Source of the DNA: a virus
Reading direction: 5' to 3' (one strand)
DNA: 64,000 nucleotides
IMG/VR virus record: IMGVR_UViG_3300018080_000139
Location: 31,868 to 95,867 of that record
The notes beneath the pieces are model-generated. The model had not been told where the DNA came from and ran no database searches. It saw only the letters and a program-made list of their open reading frames with translations. The position numbers and the translations under genes were made by a program. Shown in pieces: positions 48,157 to 57,725 of the stretch; position 1 is the stretch's first letter, and each line of letters begins with the position of its first letter.

Positions 48157-48473
48157 CTCTCGGTCGGTGGCTCGAAAACGGGCTCACGCCGACCTATCGG
48201 CTCAACCGCTTGGTATACGTGCGCGTATTGGTAGAGTTTTCCAATTTGCCCGGGCTTCCGGTAAAAATCGCCGTTCGCGTTCGCGATCGACAGGCGATCG
48301 TATACCGGCCTTTCGGGCTTTTCGACTGCATGATTATGCGCGTGGCAGTGGAAAGACGCCTGCTCGACGCGATCGAAAAGGCCCTCCCTCCAAGAGGGAT
48401 TTCGGCGAAAGCGCCGTACCACATAAAGGCCTTCTCATTGCCCTTTTTCGTCGTCCCCATCTCTGTCAATTAG
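48153..48473 (+). CDS. Hypothetical protein
   Basis: ATGA overlap with the GroES-like gene. Confidence 0.55.
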   Translation: MTLGRWLENGLTPTYRLNRLVYVRVLVEFSNLPGLPVKIAVRVRDRQAIVYRPFGLFDCMIMRVAVERRLLDAIEKALPPRGISAKAPYHIKAFSLPFFVVPISVN

Positions 48474-48873
48474 CGGATAGGTGATCTATCACCTGGCGAT
48501 AGCCCTTCTTGAGCTTCGCCAGGTCCTTCTCGTGCTGCGCGAGCTGCTCACGCAGCCTATCCCTATCCTCCATTTCTCGATCGCTGGTTTCTTCCCCAGT
48601 GCCAGTGCTTAATGCATAGATGTCGGCAAGTATATTGACGACACGCTCTAGACTCTCGATACGTTCTAGCACTAAGCTAAGCGCTTTCACGGCCGTCGCC
48701 CAGTTTTTTTCTTGCTCGAGCATAGCTTCGGCGAAACGGTCCACATCTACGAGGGCGACGCGCGGAGTCCCCGATACTTTTCCGCATCGCGAGCAAATTT
48801 GCACTCCCGCCGATTCGTACAAGTGTGAATGCCCCCGAAAGAGGCAGAAGACTTTTTTCAGTATCTTCTTCAT
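48466..48873 (-). CDS. Hypothetical protein with N-terminal C-H-CxxC Zn knuckle
   Basis: CLFRGHSH...CSRCGK then coiled coil. Confidence 0.7.
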   Translation of the reverse strand: MKKILKKVFCLFRGHSHLYESAGVQICSRCGKVSGTPRVALVDVDRFAEAMLEQEKNWATAVKALSLVLERIESLERVVNILADIYALSTGTGEETSDREMEDRDRLREQLAQHEKDLAKLKKGYRQVIDHLSAN

Positions 48874-49028
48874 GAGAGATCTCCCAATTTGGACTTAAGG
48901 GTCGAAAGAAAGTCGGCGTGCCTCCTCTCTCTGGCAACTTTGTCTGCGAGGGGCGTCGCCATTATTTCCGTGCTGGCCTTACATGCCGGGATATAGCCCC
49001 GGTGCCGGGCCGAAACCCGGCGCGGTTG

Positions 49029-49403
49029 TTAGTCTTCGTTTCCCCAATATTCCTCAATCCACAGGCACCCCCTCTCTCGTGCCGCAGGAGTGAGGAGCGG
49101 CAGTTTTTCGAATAGCCCTTTCGCGTCACAGTCCAGGATATAATCACGAATCTCCTCCGCTGCGTTTCCCCAGTTCGCGTTATTACAGAACAAGTGCCGC
49201 AAACTCCAGCAATCCACGCAAATTTTCATTGCGAAGAAATCGCCCTCGAACTTTCCAGCGAGCCTGGAGTACGACTCTCCTATACCAATCACTCTATAGC
49301 ACTCATCGCATTTGTGCTGCCGGACGGCCCGGTTTACCTGCTTTTCGCTGTAAAAATCGCAGGTTCCGTCGTAATCGACATACACACATGAACAACTACT
49401 CAT
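49029..49403 (-). CDS. Cys-rich (Zn-binding) phage protein
   Basis: HKCDEC...I..GESY...KIC.DC. Confidence 0.7.
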   Translation of the reverse strand: MSSCSCVYVDYDGTCDFYSEKQVNRAVRQHKCDECYRVIGIGESYSRLAGKFEGDFFAMKICVDCWSLRHLFCNNANWGNAAEEIRDYILDCDAKGLFEKLPLLTPAARERGCLWIEEYWGNED

Positions 49404-49416
49404 GATCCACCCCCCT

Positions 49417-49731
49417 CTATGCCCGGAGCACCGTTTCCGAGTAGAAACACATTCTAGCAATCCTGAGAATTTGCACCGACGCAAACAGGCTGCACGGAAA
49501 ATTCTCGCGAAATTCCCTGGACGCAGAGGCCAGGTAGACGTGTTTCTCCAGGCACTCGCCCGCATACTGTACTTTGTTCTCGCCTATTTGCTTGGCGAGA
49601 ATAAACCCGACCTCCGTAAGCATGCCGGGACCTACCCGCTCGACCCGGCACCGTGCGACGAAGTCAGGCCATTCCATGCCCCAGAACGAGGCCGCGAGCG
49701 TTTCCGCCCGCTCGTGTGTCGTCGTAATCAT
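49417..49731 (-). CDS. Hypothetical protein
   Basis: GGAGG RBS, packing. Confidence 0.55.
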   Translation of the reverse strand: MITTTHERAETLAASFWGMEWPDFVARCRVERVGPGMLTEVGFILAKQIGENKVQYAGECLEKHVYLASASREFRENFPCSLFASVQILRIARMCFYSETVLRA

Positions 49732-49732
49732 G

Positions 49733-49909
49733 TCACACCTCCCGAGGCTCGTAGATAAAACATGGCTTCCCTTTTTCCACCGAAAACACCTCAGACAGCA
49801 CACACGCGCAATCCAAATGCGGAAAGCGAAAATTCTTACACCCGGAATCGCAAACCTGGGGTTTCTTGCCTTCTAGGGCGTCCATAATTTCGCATCGAAA
49901 ATCTGCCAT
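49733..49909 (-). CDS. Small Cys-rich protein
   Basis: GGAGG RBS. Confidence 0.55.
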   Translation of the reverse strand: MADFRCEIMDALEGKKPQVCDSGCKNFRFPHLDCACVLSEVFSVEKGKPCFIYEPREV

Positions 49910-49968
49910 GTTACACCTCCCGGGGCCTTTCAGCTTTTGTTTGCCTGTCCATCGTCTAACCCTCCTCA

Positions 49969-50190
49969 CTACAAATACTCTGGCGCTCGGTCGCTTTTGA
50001 ACCACTGTGGCCTTCTTGCATCATCGGTCCTTGCTTCCCGCGTGGTTTTTTCTGTCGTTTCGCAGCATTTTTCACAATGGAATTGGTCTACCTGCCTCCA
50101 ATAGTAAAGGTATCGCCCCTCTTGTTGTCCATCGTAAAAAGTGTTGTAGTGTACCCATTTGTGATTGCACTTTTTTTCTACCATCTTCAT
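49969..50190 (-). CDS. Small Zn-binding protein
   Basis: CNHKW...CEKC. Confidence 0.55.
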   Translation of the reverse strand: MKMVEKKCNHKWVHYNTFYDGQQEGRYLYYWRQVDQFHCEKCCETTEKTTREARTDDARRPQWFKSDRAPEYL

Positions 50191-50317
50191 CCTCCTCGCA
50201 AAATTCCCACTGCGTTTCCGGCCCGCCACAGCATTTCGAGTGGCCTTCTCGTGGTCTAAAAAGTCGTTTTGCCACTCGAACGCGCTGGTGGGTTCTCTTT
50301 TTTGTCCAAACTGCTGC

Positions 50318-50461
50318 CTAGAAAGGAGGAATGTTGTCGTATTTTTTCTCGAGATCCACCAGGCGGGCCTCGAGGAACGTGATTTTAGCAAGGGCCTCAT
50401 CGAGACGGCAAGAGAATTCCTCGAGGAGGGATACTATTTCTGTCAACAGTTCTTCACTCAT
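50318..50461 (-). CDS. 47-aa coiled-coil protein (not in ORF track)
   Basis: GGAGG RBS; MSEELLTEIVSLLEEF...DNIPPF; overlaps helicase stop. Confidence 0.55.
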   Translation of the reverse strand: MSEELLTEIVSLLEEFSCRLDEALAKITFLEARLVDLEKKYDNIPPF

Positions 50462-51825
50462 ATAACCTCCATCTTGGGTGGGAACCCTTCAGACTCCCAC
50501 GCCTTTCGGCGCTCTCGCGAGTGTTTTTCCAGGTGGCGATCGCCGGCGTCAAAGAAGTCATAGACAATGACTTCGGCTTTTCCGCGATGCCGGCGCTGGC
50601 CCCGCCCGAGGCGCTGGACAAGGCGAACGGGTTCGTGGTCGCTCCCCTTCCCCCTCCCGCCGCCGGCCAGAATCAAAACGTCCACGTCGAGGTCAAGCCC
50701 AAAGTCGGCCACGGATGTCGCAATTGCAACACGCGAAGCAAAAGCTTCATCCCGTTTTTTCACAGCCACGCCCCCATGGACAAAGACGGAGCCAGGAACC
50801 AGCTCCTGAAGTGTTTCTCCGTGAGCCGTCCGCGCGACCAAGATTAAAATTCGAGCCTCCGGATGCCGGGCCGCGAGGGAGGCGATAGCCCCATTTCTCC
50901 AAGAGTTTTCCACGATCCCCCCGCGCACAGCATCCTCGTACTCTCCATAACTCCGATGCCCGGCGCGGACCATGCGGACGTCAGGGCGCGCCGTGTATCC
51001 CATCTCGACAAGACGCGCGGCCGAGATCTGGGCGATCGGCTGCGATGTTTGTCCTATGAGAAGCAGGTCTCGCACGGGGTCCCCGGTGAAGGGAGTAGCT
51101 GACAAGCCAAAGCGATTCTCGGCGGCTGTGCAAAGCAACCCGAGGAGGTGCCAAGTGTCCGACGTCGAAAGCTGGCACTCATCCAGGATGAGGGCCTGCA
51201 CCCCCTCGAGAAAGGGGAGGAACTTTCGCCGGTGCTTGTACAGCGTCGTGACGGAGGCGATCACTACACCATCCGTCAACTCCAAACGGTCTCGAAGGAC
51301 TATCCCAACGTCCGGCATAGAGCGCGAAAAGCGCGCGTAGCATTGCTTCACCAAAGAGACCCCGTAACAAAGATAAAGCACCGGGCCCGGGGCCCGGGCG
51401 AGGAAGTCTGAAGTGAAGGCAATTGCTATTTCGGTTTTGCCCGCTCCCGCCGCAAGCTCGATAATCCCGCGGCGCTTTCGTCGCATCTCCTCTACGGCAT
51501 TGACTTGGTAGTCCCGAAGCTCGGGGAGTTTTTCCGGGAGCTGCAGCGGGGGGAGGGAGCCCCCGTTTCCCTCCCCTTCCAAGTACTCAACTCTTTTTGC
51601 TGTGTGCGCGACGAACGGAACGAGCCCAGTCAGGATCTCGCCGGCCGTCCGGTCCTTTCCGCGCAAGTGCAAAAAGCACCGCTTACCGTTCCAGCGTTTC
51701 GCCCGGAACGCAAATGAGAATTGAAAGCCTGGGACGTACACCGTGACAGCCCTTCGGGCCTCCATGAGTTCCCCCGGTGTGTCTGTTTCGACCCGGCTCA
51801 TCACCGGGCCGAGAGTTACTCGCAT
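50458..51825 (-). CDS. Superfamily 2 helicase (UvsW-like)
   Basis: LRDYQ, AAGAGKT, DECQ, SAT, QRLGRGQR. Confidence 0.92.
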   Translation of the reverse strand: MRVTLGPVMSRVETDTPGELMEARRAVTVYVPGFQFSFAFRAKRWNGKRCFLHLRGKDRTAGEILTGLVPFVAHTAKRVEYLEGEGNGGSLPPLQLPEKLPELRDYQVNAVEEMRRKRRGIIELAAGAGKTEIAIAFTSDFLARAPGPVLYLCYGVSLVKQCYARFSRSMPDVGIVLRDRLELTDGVVIASVTTLYKHRRKFLPFLEGVQALILDECQLSTSDTWHLLGLLCTAAENRFGLSATPFTGDPVRDLLLIGQTSQPIAQISAARLVEMGYTARPDVRMVRAGHRSYGEYEDAVRGGIVENSWRNGAIASLAARHPEARILILVARTAHGETLQELVPGSVFVHGGVAVKKRDEAFASRVAIATSVADFGLDLDVDVLILAGGGRGKGSDHEPVRLVQRLGRGQRRHRGKAEVIVYDFFDAGDRHLEKHSRERRKAWESEGFPPKMEVI

Positions 51826-52016
51826 CACCGAAGGACGCCCGAAGTGAGAATGAGGGCCGCCCCGCCGAGGGCGAGGAGGAAAACGGCCGCGTCCAGCACG
51901 ATGTCGAGTATAGGCCTTTTTTTCTCGGGCTCCTTGCATAGGGAGGCGTCTGTAAAAACTTCCACAGGGGGGTTATTCTCCCCGCCAGCGAGGTGATCGT
52001 GATTCGTAGACAACAT
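51825..52016 (-). CDS. Small single-TM membrane protein
   Basis: C-terminal hydrophobic helix; coupled. Confidence 0.55.
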   Translation of the reverse strand: MLSTNHDHLAGGENNPPVEVFTDASLCKEPEKKRPILDIVLDAAVFLLALGGAALILTSGVLR

Positions 52017-52555
52017 TATTTTCCTCCCTGCTGCAAGTAGAGTTTTTGAGACACTTCCGGCAAACGGTTGAGGCTTTCCAGCTTTCTTGCGTCGGCCTCC
52101 GCGCGGTCGGCCATGGCGATTTCTCGCGCGGCCGAGATAACATCGAGAAAAAGCTCTTTCACGGTTGCCGAATCGAGGTCGGAATTGACGGAGAGTTCGC
52201 ACAGGCGAAAAAGACTCTCCCGCAAAAATTGTACGGTTTCCGTTCGCTTCCCCAGCTCAACGATTTGAGAGGACAGGTCGTATTTCGCTTCCCCTCCTTG
52301 CTCTTTTACCTTCGCCGAAGCCAAGAATTGACTGAGAAAGGACACGGCGGCGTCCGGGGACGGCTCCGAGCAAACTCGGATTTTCCCCTCGCCGGCGATC
52401 ACGACGGAGCCCCGCCGGGTCGCGTCGTAGTGAAACCAGTAGGATTGACCGTTTTCGAGTTTTTCCAGGCTCGCGCTGTAGCATCCGGCTGCGGCCAGGA
52501 CGGCCGAGAAGGCCAGGACGAGCGCAAAGCCCGGCTCCAATGTTTTCCAGTTCAT
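52016..52555 (-). CDS. Lipoprotein
   Basis: Signal peptide with LAAAGC lipobox. Confidence 0.75.
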   Translation of the reverse strand: MNWKTLEPGFALVLAFSAVLAAAGCYSASLEKLENGQSYWFHYDATRRGSVVIAGEGKIRVCSEPSPDAAVSFLSQFLASAKVKEQGGEAKYDLSSQIVELGKRTETVQFLRESLFRLCELSVNSDLDSATVKELFLDVISAAREIAMADRAEADARKLESLNRLPEVSQKLYLQQGGK

Positions 52556-52571
52556 GACTTCCTTTCTTTTC

Positions 52572-52949
52572 CTACTCCCCGATAGGCCGGGCTTCGAGGA
52601 TATTTCTGTACCAACTCAAAATCGGCACGCGCCAGCCGACGACGCGAAGCCGATACGTTTTTCCGGGCTCGATTTGCCCATAGACATCTGACGAATTCCA
52701 GCGCCAGAACAGCACGGAATCCGCAATCTCGAAGACTTCGTTTTGCTCCGTCCAGACGAGATAGACGCCCGGGCGATTCACCCGGGGAATTCGCTCCGCT
52801 TTCGTGACAGTGATGGTGAGGCTATCGACGGAGCCCACGTAGGCTATGCAAAACGAAAAAACCAAAAGGACAATTCCGACGACGACGGAGAGGATGACGA
52901 TATTTCGTCTTCTCTCCCCTCGCCGCGCCGCGTCAAAATATCCGTACAC
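52572..52949 (-). CDS. Membrane-anchored exported protein
   Basis: N-terminal TM; YLVWT...EVF...DS....NSSDVY...GWRVP.LS.Y.NI pattern seen in other phage proteins. Confidence 0.7.
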   Translation of the reverse strand: MYGYFDAARRGERRRNIVILSVVVGIVLLVFSFCIAYVGSVDSLTITVTKAERIPRVNRPGVYLVWTEQNEVFEIADSVLFWRWNSSDVYGQIEPGKTYRLRVVGWRVPILSWYRNILEARPIGE

Positions 52950-52997
52950 GGAAAAACCTCCAAGGGACCCCTCGATTTCGAGGGGTGGTGTGCTGTT

Positions 52998-53267
52998 TTA
53001 CAGACTTTGTCCGTCCCACAAACCTTCTTGCCGCTCGTACTCTTGGCGTTCGCCTTCAAGCCCAGCTAAAAAATCCGGAGGGAGGATGCTGCGAAGAGAT
53101 TTCAACATGTCCTCCGCTCTTTCTTTCAGTTCACGAATGAAAACACACTCCTCCTCGCAACGCTCGTTCTCCTCTTCGACTTCCCGAAGAAAGACTTCAA
53201 AGGCTGATACGGTCTCCTCCCAAGCGTCTTCAATATCCAAGTAATGCCAACCAGTCAGCCCCATCAC
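52998..53267 (-). CDS. Acidic hypothetical protein
   Basis: Coupled to the exonuclease gene. Confidence 0.6.
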   Translation of the reverse strand: MMGLTGWHYLDIEDAWEETVSAFEVFLREVEEENERCEEECVFIRELKERAEDMLKSLRSILPPDFLAGLEGERQEYERQEGLWDGQSL

Positions 53268-53842
53268 ATCAACCCCAAAAAATTAAGCACTTGCTCGTCC
53301 CGACGCCGATACATCTCTATGAAAATTTGCATAAGTACCTCTGTGTCATAAATGCTCGTATGCCTCTTGCTCTCGAGAATCGGCACCCCGTAAAAGGCCG
53401 CCGTCTCGTCGAGCGTCGGCCACTTCCATTTTTTTCGCGAGCCCAGCCATCGGGCTTTTACGATGTCTGTATTCCGGCGCATCGTGCAAAAGTATCGCCC
53501 TATTTTGCAAGGCATATGGCACCTCTCGAAATAGGCATTATGCGCTACGAACTTCCGGCACCCGGCGCAAAAGTCCACGAACCCTTTGTCCTCACGAAAA
53601 TACAGGGAGTATTTCGCGCCGGCGCGAAGTCGCATGATCTCCGGGGGGGTCATGGCGTTTATCTCGCCTTTATTTTGCCGGCAGGTCTCCCCGGGGATTG
53701 GAAAGTAATAGCGTGTCATGGTAGCTATGCGCTGAAAAGACGACCTCAAGAATTCAGCCTGGATCGCGGAGGCTGAAAGCACCGACCGGCCGCCGAAGCG
53801 GCCGTTTGTCTCAAAGTCAAGGAAGATGACTATGCTTTTCAT
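53264..53842 (-). CDS. DEDDh 3'-5' exonuclease (DnaQ-like)
   Basis: LDFETNG, AHNAYFE, CTM, KWP.L.E, H.S.YD. Confidence 0.88.
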   Translation of the reverse strand: MKSIVIFLDFETNGRFGGRSVLSASAIQAEFLRSSFQRIATMTRYYFPIPGETCRQNKGEINAMTPPEIMRLRAGAKYSLYFREDKGFVDFCAGCRKFVAHNAYFERCHMPCKIGRYFCTMRRNTDIVKARWLGSRKKWKWPTLDETAAFYGVPILESKRHTSIYDTEVLMQIFIEMYRRRDEQVLNFLGLM

Positions 53843-54027
53843 GCCTTGAAAAATCGCTTGTAAAGCTTGAAAGCTTTGAAGGTTAAAACGTCAAGCACAA
53901 CGACGACCGCCAGGAAGGCAACCCCCCGCCATCCGAATTTCGCACCAAAGCACAAAACGGCCGCGCCGGCGAGCGCCAACGTAGCCCAAAGCAAAATAAA
54001 ACCTATTACGTGGAAATACCAGGGCAT
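53839..54027 (-). CDS. Small two-TM membrane protein
   Basis: Two hydrophobic helices, GGAG RBS. Confidence 0.65.
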   Translation of the reverse strand: MPWYFHVIGFILLWATLALAGAAVLCFGAKFGWRGVAFLAVVVVLDVLTFKAFKLYKRFFKA

Positions 54028-54248
54028 GATCTCTCTCCAAAATACTGTTGCCATTTGCCGACCCCGTCCGCGCAAGTCACACACACGTTAGAGGCAGACG
54101 CCAGGAAATCTTTTGCACGCGAAAACTCTCCGATTTTGAGGGGGTTTTTTAGGTTTCTCCCGCACCAAGTACACCCCCTGCCACCATTTTTTCCGATCAC
54201 GGCGTGCGTTTTGCCCTTCAGGCTTCGATATGCGTGAAGTCTCATCAT
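54006..54248 (-). CDS. Small Zn-finger protein
   Basis: H...CTWCG...CVTC. Confidence 0.55.
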   Translation of the reverse strand: MMRLHAYRSLKGKTHAVIGKNGGRGCTWCGRNLKNPLKIGEFSRAKDFLASASNVCVTCADGVGKWQQYFGERSCPGIST

Positions 54249-55207
54249 GTCCCGGCCCTCACGCGCCACACGTCGTATTTGGAGACCTTCATAGCGTTTT
54301 CGACGGCGAGCCTCGCCCCTTCGAGGTTAGAGTTTGCATCGCCCTCCTCGAGGACGGCAACACGGACGTCTCGACACCCCCGGCGAATAAGCTCACCGCA
54401 AAGACGAATCGACTCTCTCAGCGCGTCGAAGTCAAGGAGGACTGTGTATCTATCAAAGCCCTCGTTTGCGAGTATCTCGGCCTGCTTCTCTGTTACCCCC
54501 TTCCCAAATGTGGCGACACCTCCGATAGACACGGCGTCGAACCATCCTTCGACGATCACGCAGGACCCGGAGGCCCGGGCACCGTCCAAGTTGAAGATCA
54601 AGTCTCCCTTCCCTCGCTTGACGTCCACCTTGCGAGGGTTCATATACTTTGGCTCGGCGCGCTTGGACAAAGCCCGGGCCTGAAAGTACAACAGCGCACC
54701 GTCGGGGGCCCACACAGGAAGTATTATTCTATTCCAATATGCCCCGGAGGGCGCGAACAGCACCCCGTATTCGCGCGCGGTCTCTTGCGAAATTCTCGAA
54801 AAAACGTATCTTCGCGCCCCGAATGGAGCTTTCTCGATCTCAACGAATTCGGGGATTTCGTTCCTTCGCTCCGTCTTCACCGCTGAATACGAAGGCTTTT
54901 TCCAAATCGTTTGCTTTTCGTCGCGCGCAAATTTTTTTGCGCTCGCAAGCCCTCCGGATTCTCCGCAATTGTGGCAAACCCAAAGCCCAGAAAATTCGTT
55001 GAAATACAGGCGATAGCGGGATTCCCCGCAAAGGGGACAGCACACACGCCATTCCCCACTTCCGTCACTCGCCGGCTTCGCTCCCCGGCTCCTCATCCAC
55101 GTTACGATTTTCGAAGCGCTCTCGCTCTTGCCTGAGTATTCGCTCCTGCTCTTGCGGAGATAACTGGCGTACAGGTCTCTCCTCGCGTCGTCGTGTTTCC
55201 CCATCAC
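54245..55207 (-). CDS. DNA primase (Zn finger + TOPRIM)
   Basis: CPLC...CHNC, FQAR...KY.NP, VEGWFDA, DFD. Confidence 0.9.
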   Translation of the reverse strand: MMGKHDDARRDLYASYLRKSRSEYSGKSESASKIVTWMRSRGAKPASDGSGEWRVCCPLCGESRYRLYFNEFSGLWVCHNCGESGGLASAKKFARDEKQTIWKKPSYSAVKTERRNEIPEFVEIEKAPFGARRYVFSRISQETAREYGVLFAPSGAYWNRIILPVWAPDGALLYFQARALSKRAEPKYMNPRKVDVKRGKGDLIFNLDGARASGSCVIVEGWFDAVSIGGVATFGKGVTEKQAEILANEGFDRYTVLLDFDALRESIRLCGELIRRGCRDVRVAVLEEGDANSNLEGARLAVENAMKVSKYDVWRVRAGT

Positions 55208-56507
55208 TCTCGCCCTCCTGCTCCTCTTTCTTGACTTCCGGCCTCTCCCGGTCCTCTCTCAAAATCATACGAGAGAAATCCGCGTGATAACGCAAAGTCC
55301 AACCCTTCTGACCCTCCCGAACTTTGTCGCCGGTAAGGTGGATTTCGTCCCCGGGCCCGTCGGAGGCGACCAAAACAAGGTCGGCGATCCAGTTTTTCCC
55401 CCAGCCCTCCGCGATGTGGGTCATGTTTTGAGACTTTCGTTTCGCCCCTTCTCGATTCACCTGGGACGGGGACCAGACGGCCACATTCTCGGAGAGCGAA
55501 AGCTCACGAAGCTCGACGTACACGGCTTCTACGTGGTGACGTCTTTCCGCATACTGGAAAGATAGTGGGGTCATGAGGTCTCCGTAATCCACCACCACCA
55601 TGTCGAATTTGCAGCCCTGCAGCTCGCACGTCCGCATATGCTCACGGACGACGGCCACCGTCGGGGCCGACATATATTTCACTTTCAGCACGCCTCCACG
55701 GGAGTATCTCCTTGTCGCCTCCTGTAGCTTCGCCACGGACGCCGCGGGGTGGTAACGCAACTCTTCCCACGTTAGCCCTCCTATTCGCCTGTCGGCCCGC
55801 TCGAGCAATTGGTCTCGAGACATTTCGATTGTGACATACAGGACTTTGTAGCCTGCGGCGACGGCTCCCACGGCGAAATTGAGCATCCATACGCTTTTGC
55901 CGTGCCCGGTAGCACCGAGCAGAAGATTTAATGTCCCTCGCGCGGCCCCGCCGCGCGTTCTCCGGTCAAGCTCAGGGTAAAGAGTAGGTATGCTTTCAGG
56001 TTGGTCAAGGCACCGATCGTACACGCGCCCCTCTATGTTTTCTAACACCCCCGGCTCGTCGGCCGTGTCAACTGCCTCCATGCGATAGATTTGGTCCGCA
56101 CGGTGTAGGATCTCGAATGCGTCGGATCGGTCGAATAACCCAGTTTTGTTAGACTCTAGGGCATCAGTGAGGTCGGACGTCAGTCGTTGTATCTCAGAAA
56201 ACCTGAGGAAGGAAAGGAGTGCGTCGAGTGGGAAGGGATGTGGAGGTAGGGAAAACACGTCGTCTACGATCTTTGCCGCGCGGGGGAGCGTGTCCCCGTT
56301 CATACTTGCCGACAAGAGATGTTTCAAATGTGTCGCGGTCGGAGACATCCGGTAGTCTCGCAGGTATCTCTGCGATAGTTGGCAAATCCGCGTGAGGAGG
56401 GGATCCGTAAACGCTTCGGCTGGTGTCTGGGACAGGTGTGCGGGGCTGTCAAGGACGGCGCGGAAAACTTCGAGCTGCAGGCCTTCGTCGAACGGGAATT
56501 CGTTCAT
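55065..56507 (-). CDS. Replicative DNA helicase (DnaB/gp41-like)
   Basis: GATGHGKS, TIEM, VVDYGDL, SQVNR, KVREG. Confidence 0.92.
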   Translation of the reverse strand: MNEFPFDEGLQLEVFRAVLDSPAHLSQTPAEAFTDPLLTRICQLSQRYLRDYRMSPTATHLKHLLSASMNGDTLPRAAKIVDDVFSLPPHPFPLDALLSFLRFSEIQRLTSDLTDALESNKTGLFDRSDAFEILHRADQIYRMEAVDTADEPGVLENIEGRVYDRCLDQPESIPTLYPELDRRTRGGAARGTLNLLLGATGHGKSVWMLNFAVGAVAAGYKVLYVTIEMSRDQLLERADRRIGGLTWEELRYHPAASVAKLQEATRRYSRGGVLKVKYMSAPTVAVVREHMRTCELQGCKFDMVVVDYGDLMTPLSFQYAERRHHVEAVYVELRELSLSENVAVWSPSQVNREGAKRKSQNMTHIAEGWGKNWIADLVLVASDGPGDEIHLTGDKVREGQKGWTLRYHADFSRMILREDRERPEVKKEEQEGESDGETRRREERPVRQLSPQEQERILRQERERFENRNVDEEPGSEAGE

Positions 56508-56526
56508 ATCTCTCGCCCCCCGTCAA

Positions 56527-57087
56527 TTACGTTTTTGCCGTTGCCTTGTCGAAGTTTTCCATGAAAAATTCGAGTCCGGTGATGAAAACGAGGTCGTTGT
56601 CAAAGCCGAACCTGGTGTGTATTACAACGTCGTCGCCATCCGGGATGGCGTCGAGACGCCCGATCCCGACGACTATGTAAGGCCATAGCCGTCTCTTTAG
56701 CACCAAAAGGGGCTTCTTTTTCGCCTTTTCGGCCTGTGCTTTCGCCTGGTCCCACAGCCGTTCCGCGGACGACCTTCGGTTTTTGAGGAAAATTCCATCC
56801 ATCGAGAGTTCGACGGCTTTCACCTCCACCGTGTACGGGAAATCCGGAGGAGTCCGCAGATCCCCGATCTGTTCGGGAGCGTCTTCGGCCATCGTCCCGT
56901 AAGCGCCGCTGTAAGCCGATCGTTTGAACTGCTTCCCCCACCACGCGGAAAAGATCTTTGCCGCCTCACGCTCGATGCGCGCGCCCTTGGCGCGCGCCGA
57001 CCTGGCGCGCCTGGAGCGCTCCTCGCGTTCCAGGATCCTCTCTGGCGTCCAATACGCCAGCGATGCTTCTTTTTCTTCGTCTTCCAT
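56527..57087 (-). CDS. Holliday junction resolvase (PD-(D/E)xK)
   Basis: KGARIEREAA, SGA, GD, VEVK, WDQA..QA....PLLV. Confidence 0.85.
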   Translation of the reverse strand: MEDEEKEASLAYWTPERILEREERSRRARSARAKGARIEREAAKIFSAWWGKQFKRSAYSGAYGTMAEDAPEQIGDLRTPPDFPYTVEVKAVELSMDGIFLKNRRSSAERLWDQAKAQAEKAKKKPLLVLKRRLWPYIVVGIGRLDAIPDGDDVVIHTRFGFDNDLVFITGLEFFMENFDKATAKT

Positions 57088-57179
57088 GCCTGCACCTCAT
57101 CGAGTTGGAAAAAAAGGCCCCGAGATCGTCGTTTCATGCCGTTCGTTCTCCTCGGGGCCTTGGGTTTAAGGGGCGAGAA

Positions 57180-57653
57180 TTAAGAGTGCATGTCTGTCCA
57201 ATCGAAATACAACGTGTTGAATTGGCCATCCTGGCACAAAGAGGAGCCATGCTCTTGGAGTATTCGCCTTTGAAGGCGAAAAATATTCCAGGTTGGGATG
57301 CCTATGGTTATAGCGCTCAAAATAGGCTTCAACTGTCTTGGTGAAAATATCGTAGTTAGGGCCTGCATCATATCCTTACAACTTGAAAAAGCGGATTCGT
57401 AGTGCGCCATATACTCAAAACCACAAACGTGGATCACCATAAACGTCATAAGAAGTTGCATCGAACTCGTGGATCCCAAAACCTGAAAACATCGAGAGGT
57501 ATACTTGTCGGTCCATTTTGATTGGGACAAAAGTTGGTAAACATATAGAAGAATTGGGAAGTAAATGGTAATATGGTACAAAGATGGCTCCTTTTTTTGT
57601 AGGTAGCCCTCGCTACCTTTTGTTTTTTTTTGGTTTTGGAGCCATTTTACCAA
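57180..57653 (-). CDS. Doubtful hypothetical ORF in AT-rich island
   Basis: 157-codon ORF, TTG start, no clear RBS, atypical composition. Confidence 0.3.
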   Translation of the reverse strand: MVKWLQNQKKTKGSEGYLQKKEPSLYHITIYFPILLYVYQLLSQSKWTDKYTSRCFQVLGSTSSMQLLMTFMVIHVCGFEYMAHYESAFSSCKDMMQALTTIFSPRQLKPILSAITIGIPTWNIFRLQRRILQEHGSSLCQDGQFNTLYFDWTDMHS

Positions 57654-57725
57654 ATTTTCGTCTCAGATCATATCACCATCTTTCCTTTATGTTTCCTACA
57701 ATAGAAATTTTATGCCAATTTACTG

